A DNA stretch of 64,000 nt from Chrysomallon squamiferum (lineage: Eukaryota; Animalia; Mollusca): positions 6,758,001 to 6,822,000 of the forward strand of contig CM022665.1 in the NCBI GenBank assembly GCA_012295275.1. Reading direction: 5' to 3'. The notes beneath the pieces were generated by a model, which was not told the origin of the DNA, made no database searches, and worked only from the letters and a program-made list of their open reading frames with translations. Positions 1 through 13,700 of this stretch are shown piece by piece. How positions within the stretch are numbered: position 1 is the first letter of the stretch; every line of letters begins with the position of its first letter. The position numbers and the translations under genes are program-made.

Positions 1-120
1 CATTGGCGTACGTATACAGTGATGAGGCCACTGGGCGAAGGTATGAAAATATGCGTCATTAGTGCGCAGTAGTGTATTACTATATTAGAGTTGGTACGTG
101 TTGTACATTTCACATTTGTA
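1..120 (+). promoter_or_regulatory. Putative promoter region of the + strand multi-exon transcript
   Basis: CpG-rich relative to the flanks. Reverse CCAAT (attgg, 2-6), TGCGTCA (CRE/AP-1-like), TGCGCA and a TATA-like tatatta near 81 lie upstream of the first strong donor (a|gtaagt, 461/462). TSS not determinable. Confidence 0.35.
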
Positions 121-2159
121 TATGTTTTGTTTGCATGTAATGTAACTGAATTTTAACTTTTAAAAGTCTTGAGGGCATCAAAGTTTTTAATTATGACCCA
201 AAAGGTGGACGTTATTTCTCATTTGATCGGAAAGGCCGAAAAGAAGAGAACAACATTGAACCGAAACAGCAACATGCGAATAAGAGCTATGCTCGAAGCC
301 ACAATAAGGATGTTGAAGATAGATAAGCATAAACTTAACTCGATACAGCACATAAAAGAAAACTTGAATCGTTGAAAGTTACAATTTCGATGTTTTGAAA
401 ACACAAAGCAATACCCGGACGATCTAATCGGCGAAATTGTAAAATGATCGACTCGTTTTAAGTAAGTGTTGAAAAGAAAAGAAAAGAAAAAATCTCCCTT
501 CGGGTGGTTTCAGTCTCGGATGATTTTAAAATATTTAAAATCATTTTTTACTTTAAAATGTATTGTATATAAAAAGAAACAAACCACCAAAAAATCTTTA
601 TCATTAAATGATAGAAGGTGAACGGTGGAGCGATATATTAATAGAAAACAATAATTGCACAGTATACATATTGTTACATTTTAATAAAATATAGGTTTTT
701 CATGACCAGATCTGATACCTGTCTTTGTTGTATTGTTGGGATACGGGTGGGTATTAATCTTTTAACACTTTCAGTTTTAAAAGCTTTGATGCCTTCAGGC
801 TTTTGTGTACATTTTAGATGGACTGCACCAGAACTCGTTCCACAGGTTGCAGATGATTGCTGTAAGGTAATCATTAACATAGTCACATTTTACAAACTTT
901 TGTTATTTTTGCATAGTCATATTCGTACCCTTTGAAATTAGTTGCTTTTAAAGCATGAAGTACAAAAAGTTGATTATGCAGTAAAGTGTTTGGTTATCTA
1001 AGATTCACATCAACATCTTCCATTTGGGGGTGGGAGCAGGGAAGTTGTACATGTTGACCATACAGTGATATACCAGATGATAATTACCAATTTATAAACA
1101 TGAAAGTTTTTGTTTGTCAGCAACAATTTTAGTTTCTACATTTTATGATGGTTATTTAACTGCAGATGATCAGTTAATTTTTTTTATGTTAATACTAGAA
1201 AATGTATAACTTGATACGTCTGATACAGTTGTTTTCATACTTCAATCAGAATGATGTAACATCTTCATTTTAATAGATGTAATTGTTGTCCGTCACAAAG
1301 CAGTGCAACATAAATATGAATTTTCTAATGATAATTAGGTAATACCTGGTAAACCTTTTATTAATGATTTAGGTAAATATGAAAAGTAGCATCACATTTA
1401 TAAATAAATCTTAAGTAACTGTATCAAGAACTTTTTATGTGATGGGTCTTTAACATCCAGATAACCATACTGATAATTTGTATTTTCAGAACAAAACATT
1501 CTACAAAAAAAAAAAAAAATGCCTTGCAGTTGCTGCATTCTGTTGTTGACAGAAAACTTAGTTTCTAAATTGTGATGATTAAATTTTCAGTACTGATGTC
1601 TGCTAGAAAAGCTACAAAGAAGTTGCTTAAAGAGAACAGTGCCCAAAACAGAAACTTCAGTAGGTAATCCTGCATAAAACTTACTTAAAGAAGAAAGAAA
1701 AAAGTGAATAAACCTGTTACTGCAATATTCGTTTTTTTAGAGAGAAAAGCTAATGTGACTGATCAATTTCGTTTTAAATTAATGTGAAATCCTTTTAATT
1801 TTTTGAATTTGTGAATAAACTGGAATAACTGGTTTAATTTAGAGTTAGCTCAATACAAAACAAATTCGCCAGAAAAAGATAAATGCATTTTTGGGCTTAA
1901 TTTTCCTGAATGTAAATGTTATAGCAAATTGTATGTATAATATAAAATTCTAAAGCTAAGAAAACATGCTTAAAAATTGCAGCATTAAACTAAACTGTTA
2001 TTATTTAAACTCTGATCCATTAAAAAGTATTCTGGAAAATCTCAATATGATTTTTTAATGTTTTTTCTTCCCTGGTAACTAATAATGATTTCAGTTTTCC
2101 CATTAAAATCCTGTTTATATCCTTGATGCAGCAACCTATAAAATTTGAATTCTATTTAT

Positions 2160-3595
2160 TTATTTTTTTTGGTTATGATAAGTGGCATAACCAATGAAAA
2201 ATTTAATTTACAGGATAAAAGAAACTAAATGACATCATTTTGGTGTACAGATGCATGAAAAATGATACCTTTGAGAATGAAGATTCTTTGTAAGCACTAT
2301 TTATGTGAATGTTTTGCTTCTTTAAAGTATAATTGTCAAACAATTCCATTCACTATATAAAGCATTCCAGTCTAAAGTATCTAAAACTGAATAATAGGTT
2401 TACATAATGCATTGTTGATACACAAACCTGAGAAAAGGAAGGGTATCAAACGAGATTTAAATTATTATTATTTTTAATATTGACAAGCAGACATTTGCCT
2501 TCACTAAAGCTTATATTAGACATTGCATACATTAACTACTGCAAAAATGTGTATAGTAAATGTTTTATTGAGTACTGAAAAAAAGCCTCATATTTGTAAC
2601 AGTGTAGAGGTAATTGCTTAATCAAATATTTGTTAATGCTTTTAAATGTGGTTGTAAGGGAAGTTATTGAGACAGCTGGAATATCTTAAGATAGAGATAG
2701 GTATAAAAGAAAAACAGTTCATTGTATATATGAATATTAACAAATAAAGAGGTGATCTGGTTATGTTAATATTAGAGAAATTGTTAATGTGTTTTTTTGG
2801 TCAATTTTCACATTTTTAACATATTCAATTACATTTTCAAATGAATATCTTTAAGTTCCTTATCATTTTGGAGTAATATATGATGTGTGGTATAAAGTTG
2901 AATTTTGTCTTGAATATTAAGTCACAAATGTTTACATTAAAAAAAATCTGGCAGTTTTTTGAAATTAACATTTAATAACATAAAGACATAAGAAATGGAA
3001 AAACTAGATGCACTACATGACCATGCACGATTTGATGAGACCCTTTTACATGGAGAAACGAGTAACATTTTGGATGACACCAGTTGGTTACTGATTTTTA
3101 AAAAAAAATTTAGAGACAGTACATAATTGGAAATGAAGGGAAATATCGAGTCACCTTCAATTTGTTTGGTGCACATGTTTATATAAAAAGAAATTAACAT
3201 TTTTTGAGAGCCGACTCTGTAAGCACCATTTTAAACATCTTGACCTGTGTTGTATTTAAATTTTTGATTTCTTAAACAGATTCAATAAAATTGTTTAATC
3301 CTAGGTTTTAAAACATGTTTTCTCTTTATTGCAAATTGCTCAAGTATTCTCATACATGTCTATCAAATTTATTGATCTAGGATGATATATATTTATGACT
3401 TTTATTTTTTTGGAATGGTTATGAGACGTGGCATAACGAGTGCAAAATTTAATTTACAGGATAAAAGAAACTAAATGACATCATTTTGGTGTACAGATCC
3501 ATGAAAAATGTGATGATACCTTTGAGAATGAAGATTCTTTGTAAGCACCATTTATGTGAATGTTTTTTCTTTAAAATATAATTTTCAAATAATTA
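2160..3595 (+). repeat. Local duplication of an exon cassette (about 2160-2345 vs 3400-3595)
   Basis: Near-identical tttacag|gataaaagaaactaaatgacatcattttggtgtacagat...gaagattcttt|gtaagcac in both copies; diverged relatives of the 92-nt array exon. Confidence 0.85.
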
Positions 3596-3961
3596 TATGA
3601 TATCTTTGAGCATGGAAATTATAAAAACAGGAATTAATTTCTGTGGTACATGGTTTTTACATCGTTAGTATTCCTATGATGGACAAAGTGGAATTTTGTT
3701 TAATTAAAAAATGAATCCACATGTATTTCTAACCAAACATCTTATTTTTTGAATAATGGGGAGTACGTAATATGAAATTTTAATTTACAGGAAAGAACAT
3801 GTTAAAATGTCGTGCATCGTTTTGGTGTTCGGGTCGTGTGAAAACGTACAGAGGACTTCAACAGTATAGAAACTCTGTAAGCACTGTTTTATAAACCTTG
3901 CATCTTTGTAATGGTAACTGAATAAGTATTATTTATTTTCTTCAAAATTGTACTCCACTTT

Positions 3962-3992
<31 letters not shown>

Positions 3993-4789
3993 TAAAATAT
4001 TAAATACTCTTTTGAAATAAGTGCAATGTGGGTGGTAATCAATATTTCATTCACAGATTGCATCAGTAGATGTTGGATGATAGAAATTTTGCAAGTCCTG
4101 ACATGGAAGATTTTCACCTAACTTAAATTCTCTCAGAAAATGAAATAATTTACTTCCGAAAAGCAGGAAACTGAACGTGAAATGTTACAGGGCAAGAGAT
4201 GGAAGATACTCTAGTAAGGAAATGGTCATGCATTTTTTAAAGGCTATTATAACCTTCTAAATGAAATGTAATTAGGTAAATAGATTTTATCTACTTTTTG
4301 AAAGACAAGATACAGATAACCTCAATTTGTCCCCTTGTTTAGACATTAGTAGATAATTGGGATAAATGACGTTTTATTAACAGTTTTCTGGATGAGACAA
4401 ATAACTGAATATGATAAAGGAAAAATTCTTTGTGTGAAGACTACTTTAGTTAAATGAACAAGATATCTTAAGAAATTTTGTTAGAAATCGCTGGCCAAGA
4501 GAAAATTAGGTTAGACAATGTCACTTCAAGAAATGTAAGAAATGTGTGAGACTATCATTTCTTTCTTCCTTTATATTTTTCAAAAATATTGTTTCAGTTC
4601 TGTAACGTCTCATTACATTCATTCAAATTTCTGTTTGTTGCATTTAAAAAACATTTTACCATTATTATATTGGTATGCTCGGATAGGACGCATAATACAT
4701 TTTTTATTTAGCAGATTGAAAGAAAGATTGAAACGAAATCCAATTCCAGATAGGCGACGGTTGATATAAATTTGATAGAGGTTTTAATA

Positions 4790-7700
4790 GCACTTTCCAT
4801 TCACCATTTGTTACAAATCCCATCTTATTTTACTGGATTGTGGGTAGGTAGGGACAACACCTAATCCAAAATCAAATTTACAGGAAAGGAAACGATAACA
4901 CGTCACACTGGCATCACTTTGGCGTTCGGGTTCTGCAGAAATGTATGGTGAGGCCTTCGAGAATTCATGTTCTCTGTAAGCACTATTTACTTAAAGAAAA
5001 GTCTAAATCTTCCATTTAGTTTTTAATTACATTATTTTTTATAAAGGTAACTGATTAACTGTCACTAATTTTAGTGCATTCTAAGATTAATGAGTAATGT
5101 TTGAAAATGTAGTACTAAATGCTCTTAGAAATATCTTCTTTGGGGGGGTGGGTAATCACCGTTTCATTGACAGATTGCGTCGGTGTCATTTAGCTGCACA
5201 GTTCCGAGAAAGAAAAGTGGGTCCAAATTAAGGCAGCCAAGAGAAGAATTATTTTCATTAAAGGTTCTCCGAGTTGCATTGACTTGATCTAGGTACTGCT
5301 TTAAAGTTGCACGTAATGCTTTTCCTCTTTTTGCAAGCTACATTTTTTTTCCAGTTTCAATTTTTAGAAGCTTTCAGACAATTATATAATATGTCAATAC
5401 TATTTATCAACTTCCAAAATAAATTCATTAGCACTGCCAATTGAGAGGAATTCATTTTTGTTGTACATGTACTTTGATAACGTGAAGAATAATGGCTTCG
5501 GTTTTGGGAGGTGGGCAGTAGTATGTAACCGACTTTCAATTTACAGATCACAAAGAACAAATTATGCAAGAAAATGAAGAATTCGTGTCAGCAAATGTTA
5601 CCTTTTTCATCACCATCACTTAATTGTATGGTAGAATTATTAATTTCTTTTTCCTTCCTTAATTTTTCCAAATAATTTTCACTATGTAGCATATTATTTG
5701 TGTACTGATTCAGATTTTTGTTTTATTTGAAATATTGGTCTGTCTGGGAGGGGTGGGTAATGAACATTTTATTTAGCAGGTCGAAAGAAAGTTTCAAACA
5801 AAATCCCATTCCAGGTGGGCGATGGATGACAGGAATTTTGCAATTCCAGAGCGGGAAGATTTCATTTTGCAATTCAAGATGTCGCGAAGTGCGTGGAATG
5901 CTTTCGGAATACAAAATAATTTCATTTGGAAAGGGGGAAACAACACAAATCATTTTACAAATCAAGAGATGGAAGATAATCTAGTAAGCAAAAAGCTAAC
6001 GAATTTCTTGAGGCTATTATAAATTAAATGTAAATGCACATGAATAAGAATTGAAGTAAATAGATACCATCTCAGTTGGAGGCATTAGTTAGGAGATTGT
6101 CCAGATAGATAACATGTTTTATTAACAGATTTCTGAATACGAAAGAAATAATGCAATAGAGTAAAGATTCACAGCGGCTCGTATGTGTCAAGATTGTTTC
6201 CTAAAAGCAAAGACGATATGTTAGAATGTGTGCTGCCAGCAAGATACAGAAGTTTTGTGAGAATTCGGTTAGAGACCATGTTACTTGAAGAAACACAAGA
6301 AATGTGTGAGAGACTAGTTTTGTGTTACTGTTGCTGTCGTTTTGTTTTGTTATTTAAAAAATTTTGTGCTTTTAATTGAGACATTTTTTTGTTATTGTTA
6401 TCTAAATTTTTGAGTGTTAAATGTGATACATTTTTTAGTGACTCGTTTACCTTTTGGTTAAGTGTGTAAAAGTTGAGCAACTTCTTTATTTAAATAAACT
6501 TTCCTTTGACCATATGTAACAAATCCCAACTTATTTTTTCCAATTGCGGGTGGGTTGGGGGAACACATAATCCAAAATCTAATTTGCAGGAAAGGAAATG
6601 CTGACACGTCGCACTGGCATCACTTCGTCGTTCGGGTTCTGCGGAAACCTACGGTGAGGACTTCGAGAATTCATGTTCTCTGTAAGCACTATTTACTTAA
6701 AGAAAAGTCTAAATCTTCCATTTAGTTTTTAATTACATTATTTTTATAAAGGTAACTGATTAACTGTCACTAATTTTAGTGCATTCTAAGATTAATGAGT
6801 AATGTTTGAAAATGTAGTACTAAATGCTCTTAGAAATATCTTCTTTGGGGGGGTGGGTAATCACCGTTTCGTTGACAGATTGCGTCGGTGTCATTTAGCT
6901 GCACAGTTCCGAGAAAGAAAAGTGGGTCCAAATTAAGCCAGCCAAGAGAAGAATTATTTTCATTAAAGGTTCTCCGAGTTGCATTGACTTGATCTAGGTA
7001 CTGCTTTAAAGTTGCACGTAATGCTTTTCCTCTTTTTGCAAGCTACATCTGTTTTCCAGTTTCAATTTTGAGAAGCTTTCAGACAATTATTTAATATGTC
7101 AGTGGTATTTATCAACTTCCAAAATAAATTCATTAGCACTGGTAATCGAGAGGAATTCATTTTTGTTGTACATGTACTTTGATAACGTGAAGAATAGTGG
7201 CTTTGGTTTTGGGAGGTGGGCAGTAGTAAGTAACCGACTTTAAATTTACAGATCACAAAGAACAAATTATGCAAGAAAATGAAGAATTCATGTAAGCAAA
7301 TGTTACCTTTTTCATCACCATCACTTAATTGTATGGTAGAATTATTAATTTCTTTTTCCTTCCTTTATTTTTCCAAATAATTTTCACTATGTAGCATATT
7401 GTTTGTGTACTGATTCAGATTTTTGTTTTTTGCATAAATTTAATTTAATTTTTTTTTTTTAAATATCGGTATGTCTGGGAGGGGTGGGTAATGAACATTT
7501 TATTTAGCAGGTCGAAAGAAAGTTTGAAACGAAATCCCATTCCAGGTGGGCGATGGATGACAGGAATTTTGCAATTCCAGAGCGGGAAGATTTCATTTTG
7601 CAATTCAAGATGTCGCGAAGTGCGTGGAATGCTTTCGGAATACAAAATAATTTCATTTGGAAAGGGGGAAACAACACAAATCATTTTACAAGTCAAGAGA

Positions 7701-10700
7701 TGGAAGATAATCTAGTAAGCAAAAAGCTAACGAATTTCTTGAGGCTATTATAAATTAAATGTAAATGCACATGAATAAGAATTGAAGTAAATAGATACCA
7801 TCTCAGTTGGAGGCATTAGTTAGGAGATTGTCCAGATAGATAACATGTTTTATTAACAGATTTCTGAATACGAAAGAAATAATGCAATAGAGTAAAGATT
7901 CACAGCGGCTCGTATGTGTCAAGATTGTTTCCTAAAAGCGAAGACGATATGTTAGAATGTGTGCTGCCAGCAAGATATAGAAGTTTTGTGAGAATTCGGT
8001 TAGAGACCATGTTACTTGAAGAAACACAAGAAATGTGTGAGAGACTATCAGTTTTGTGTTAATGTTGCTGTCGTTTTGTTTTGTTATTTTAAAAATTTTG
8101 TTATTGTTTAGATTTTGTGCTTTTAATTGTGATACATTTTTTGTTATTGTTATTTAAATTATTGAGTGTTAAATGTGATACATTTTTTAGTGAGTCAATT
8201 ACCTTTTGGTTAAGTGTGTAAAAGTTGAGCAACTTCTTTATTTAAATAAACTTTCATTTCACTATATGTAACAAATCCCATCTTGTTTTTGTTTGAATTG
8301 CGGGTGGGTTGGGGGAACACGTAATCCAAAATCTAATTTGCAGGAAAGGAAATGCTGACACGTCGCACTGGCGTCACTTCGTCGTTCGGGTTCTGCGGAA
8401 GTGTACGGTGAGGACTTATAGAATTCAGGTTCTGTGTTAGCACTATTTACCTAAAAGAAAAGTCTAAATCTTCCATTTGGTTTTTAATTACATTATTTTT
8501 ATAAAGGTAACTGATTAACTGTCACTAATTTTAGTGCATTTTAAGATTAATGAGTAATGTTTGAAAATGTAATACTAAATGCGTTTAGAAATATCTTCTT
8601 TGGGGGGGTGGGTAATCACCGTTTCGTTGACAGATTGCGTCGGTGTCATTTAGCTGCAGAAAGAAAAGTGGTCCAAATTAAGCCAGCCAAGAGAAGAATT
8701 ATTTTCATTAAAGGTTCTCCGAGTTGCATTGACTTGATCTAGGTACTGCTTTAAAGTTGCACGTAATGCTTTTCCTCTTTTTGCAAGCTACATTTTTTTT
8801 TCCAGTTTCAATTTTGAGAAGCTTTCAGACAATTATATAATATGTCAATGGTATTTATCAACTTCCAAAATAAATTCATTAGCACTGCTAATTGAGAGGA
8901 ATTCATTTTTGTTGTACATGTACTTTGATAACGTGAAGAATAATGGCTTCAGTTTTGGGAGGTGGGCAGTAGTATGTAACCGACTTTCAATTTACAGATC
9001 ACAAAGAACAAATTATGCAAGAAAATGAAGAATTCATGTAAGCAAATGTTTCCTTTTTCATCACCATCACTTGATTGTATGGTACAATTATTAATTTCTT
9101 TTTCCATCCTTTATTTTTCCAAATAATTTTCACTATATAGCATATTGTTTGTGTACTGATTCAGATTTTTGTTTGTTGCACAGTTGAAATTTTGTATTAT
9201 TTTTTTAAAATATCGGTATGTGTTGTGGGGTGGGTAATAAAATTTTATTCAGCAGGTTGAAAGAAATTTTGAAACGAGATCCCATTCCAGGTGGGCAGTT
9301 GGATGAGAGGAATTTTTCAATTAAGAGATGTCCCGAAGTGCATAGAATGCTTTCGGAAAGAGACAAAATTTCATTTGGATAGGGGGAAACTGAACGTGAA
9401 ATAATTTACAAGTCAAGAGATGGAAGATAATCTAGTAAGCAAAAAGCTCATGAATTTCTTCAAGCTGTTGTCACTAATGAATTGTAAATTAAATTTAAAT
9501 TGACCAGTAAGAATTCAGATAAACAGATTTCACTTTCTGTCGGAAATGCAAGATGCAAAGACCATCTCAGTTAGATGCATTAGTTAGGAGATTGTCGAGA
9601 TAGATAACATGTTTTATTAACAGAATACGAAAGAAATAACCCAATAGAGTAAAGATTCAGAGCGGCTCATGTGTGAAGATCGTTTCCTAAAAGTGAAGAC
9701 GATGTGTTAGAATGTGTGCTGCCAGCAAGAAACAGAAGTTTTGTGAGAATTCGGTTATTTGAAGAAATGGCAAAAAAAATGTGTGAGAGACTTATCAGCT
9801 TTGTGTTACTGTTGCTGTTGTTTTGTTTTGTTATTTTAAAAATGTTGTTATTACTTAGATTTTGTGCTTTTAATTGTGCGACCTTTTTTTTATTATTACA
9901 AAACTTTTGAGTGTTAAATGTGATCGATTTTTTAGTGAGTCATTTAGCTTTTGGTTAAGTGTGTAAGAGTTGAGCAACTTCTTTATTTAAATAAACTTTC
10001 ATTTCGCTATATGTAACAAATCCCAACATGTTTTTAATTAATTGCGGGTGGGTTGGGGGGAACACGTAATCCAAAATCTAATTTGCAGGAAAGGAAACGC
10101 TAACACGTCGCACTGGAATCACTTCGGCATTCAGGTTCTGCGGAAACCTACGGTGAGGACTTCAAGAATTCGTGTTCTCTGTAAGCACTGTTTACTTAAA
10201 GAAAAGTCTAAATCTTCCATTTAGTTTTTAATTACATTATTTTTATAAAGGTAACTGATTAACTGTCACTAATTTTAGTGCATTCTAAGGTTAATGAGTA
10301 ATGTTTGACAATGTAGTACTAAATGCTCTTAGAATATTTTCTTTGGGGGTGGGTAATCACCGTTTCGTTGACAGATTGCGTCGGTGTCATTTAGCTGCAG
10401 AGTTCCGAGAAAGAAAAGGGGGCACAAATTAAACCAGCCAAGAGAAGAATTGTTTTCATTAAAGGTTCTCCGAGTTGCATTGGCTTGATCTAGGTACTGC
10501 TTTAAAGTTGCACATAATGCTTTGGCTGTTTTTTCGAAGCTACATTTTTTTTCCAGTTTTAATATTGAGAAGCTTTTAGGTAATTATATAATACTTCAGT
10601 GGTATTTATCAACTTCCAAAATAAATTCATTAGCATTGGTAATTGACAGGAATTTATTTTTGTTGTACATGTGTTTGTTGCATAAATTGAATTTTTTTTT

Positions 10701-13700
10701 TTTTTTTTTTTTATATAAATATCGGTATGTCTGGGTGGGGTGGGTAATGAACATTTTATTTAGCAGGTTGAAAGGAAGTTTGAAACGAAATCCCATTCCA
10801 GGTAGGCGATGGTTGACAGGAATTTTGCAATTCCAGTGCGGGAAGATTTCATTTTGCAATTCGAGATGTCGCGAAGTGCGTGGAATGCTTTCGGAAATCG
10901 AAATAATTTCATATGGAAAGGGGGAAACTCAACACAAATTATCTTACAAGTCAAGAGATGGAAGATAATTTAGTAAGCAAAAAGCTAACGAATTTCTTTT
11001 AGGATATTTGTAAATTAAATGTAAATGCATCAGTAAGAATTGAAGTCAATAGAGACCATCTAAGTTGGAGGCATTAGGAGATTGTCGAGATAGATAACAT
11101 GTTTTATTAACAGATTTCTGAATAAGAAATAAATCACCCAATATACTAAAGATTCAGCATGGCTCGTATGTGTGAAGACGATGTGTTAGAATGTGTGCTG
11201 CCAGCAAGATATAGAAGTTTTGTGAGAATTCAATTAGAGACCATGTTCCTAGAAGAAACACAAGAATCGTGTGAGAGACTTATCAGTTTTGTGTTACTGT
11301 TGCTGTTGTTTTGTTTTGTTATTTTAAAAATGTTGTTATTGTTTAGATTTTGTGCTTTTAATTCTGAGACCTATTCTTTATTATTAAAAAAATTTTGAGT
11401 GTTAAATGTGATACATTTTTAGTGAGTCATTTACCTTTTGGTTAAGTGTGTAAGAGTTGAGCAACTTCTTTATTTAAATAAACTTTCCTTTGACCATATG
11501 TAACAAATCCCAACATGTTTTTAATTAATTGCGGGTGGGTTGGGGGAACACGTAATCCAAAATCTAATTTGCAGGAAAGGAAATGCTGACACGTCGCACT
11601 GGCATCACTTCGTCGTTCGGGTTCTGCGGAAACCTACGGTGAGGACTTCGAGAATTCATGTTCTCTGTAAGCACTATTTACTTAAAGAAAAGTCTATATC
11701 TTCCATTTAGTTTTTAATTACATTATTTTTTATAAAGGTAACTGATTAACTGTCACTAATTTTAGTGCATTCTAAGATTAATGAGTAATGTTTGAAAATG
11801 TAGTACTAAATGCTCTTAGAAATATCTTCTTTGGGGGTGGGTAATCACCGTTTAGTTGACAGATTGCGTCGGTGTCATTTAGCTGCACAGTTCGAGAAAG
11901 AAAAGTGGGTCCAAATTAAGCCAGCCAAGAGAAGAATTATTTTCATTAAAGGTTCTCCGAGTTGCATTGACTTGATCTAGGTACTGCTTTAAAGTTGCAC
12001 GTAATGCTTTTCCTCTTTTTGCAAGCTACATTTTTTTTTCCAGTTTCAATTTTGAGAAGCTTTCAGACAATTATATAATATGTCAATGGTATTTATCAAC
12101 TTCCAAAATAAATTCATTAGCACTGCTAATTGAGAGGAATTCATTTTGTTGTACATGTACTTTGATAACGTGAAGAATAGTGGCTTCGGTTTTGGGAGGT
12201 GGGCAGTAGTATGTAACCGACTTTCAATTTACAGATCACAAAGAACAAATTATGCAAGAAAATGAAGAATTCATGTAAGCAAATGTTACCTTTTCATCAC
12301 CATCACTTAATTGTATGGTAGAATTATTAATTTCTTTTTCCTTCCTTTATTTTTCCAAATAATTTTCACTATGTAGCATATTGTTTGTGTACTGATTCAG
12401 ATTTTTGTTTTTTGCATAAATTTAATTTAATTTTTTTTTTTTAAATATCGGTATGTCTGGGAGGGGTGGGTAATGAACATTTTATTTAGCAGGTCGAAAG
12501 AAAGTTTGAAACGAAATCCCATTCCAGGTGGGCGATGGATGACAGGAATTTTGCAATTCCAGAATGGGGAAGATTTCATTTTGCAATTCAAGATGTCGCG
12601 AAGTGCGTGGAATGCTTTCGGAATACAAAATAATTTCATTTGGAAAGGGGGAAACAACACAAATCATTTTACAAGTCAAGAGATGGAAGATAATCTAGTA
12701 AGCAAAAAGCTAACGAATTTCTTGAGGCTATTATAAATTAAATGTAAATGCACATGAATAAGAATTGAAGTAAATAGATACCATCTCAGTTGGAGGCATT
12801 AGTTAGGAGATTGTCCAGATAGATAACATGTTTTATTAACAGATTTCTGAATACGAAAGAAATAATGCAATAGAGTAAAGATTCACAGCGGCTCGTATGT
12901 GTCAAGATTGTTTCCTAAAAGCGAAGACGATATGTTAGAATGTGTGCTGCCAGCAAGATATAGAAGTTTTGTGAGAATTCGGTTAGAGACCATGTTACTT
13001 GAAGAAACACAAGAAATGTGTGAGAGACTATCAGTTTTGTGTTACTGTTGCTGTCGTTTTGTTTTGTTATTTTAAAAATTTTGTTATTGTTTAGATTTTG
13101 TGCTTTTAATTGTGATACATTTTTTTGTTATTGTTATTTAAATTATTGAGTGTTAAATGTGATACATTTTTTAGTGAGTCAATTACCTTTTGGTTAAGTG
13201 TGTAAAAGTTGAGCAACTTCTTTATTTAAATAAACTTTCATTTCACTATATGTAACAAATCCCATCTTGTTTTTGTTTGAATTGTGGGTGGGTTGGGGGA
13301 ACACGTAATCCAAAATCTAATTTGCAGGAAAGGAAATGCTGACACGTCGCACTGGCGTCACTTCGTCGTTCGGGTTCTGCGGAAGTGTACGGTGAGGACT
13401 TATAGAATTCAGGTTCTGTGTTAGCACTATTTACCTAAAAGAAAAGTCTAAATCTTCCATTTGGTTTTTAATTACATTATTTTTATAAAGGTAACTGATT
13501 AACTGTCACTAATTTTAGTGCATTTTAAGATTAATGAGTAATGTTTGAAAATGTAATACTTAAATGCGTTTAGAAATATCTTCTTTGGGGGTGGGTAATC
13601 ACCGTTTAGTTGACAGATTGCGTCGGTGTCATTTAGCTGCAGAAAGAAAAGTGGTCCAAATTAAGCCAGCCAAGAGAAGAATTATTTTCATTAAAGGTTC

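Noticed and set aside
19-149. C/D box snoRNA (GTGATGA...CTGA), and C-box-like GTGAAGA/ATGAAGA in the array units
   Set aside because: No convincing terminal stem or rRNA antisense element; the array boxes are mismatched and overlap exon or branch-point sequence.
3031-3065. Hammerhead-like ttgatgag...gaaac, and a retrozyme interpretation of the array
   Set aside because: The core is not CUGANGA, stem II does not pair, and I found no hammerhead core in the repeat unit on either strand.
6548-6562. Canonical G-quadruplex in the array G-runs
   Set aside because: Only three runs of 3 or more G per cluster, so at most two-tier or intermolecular G4.
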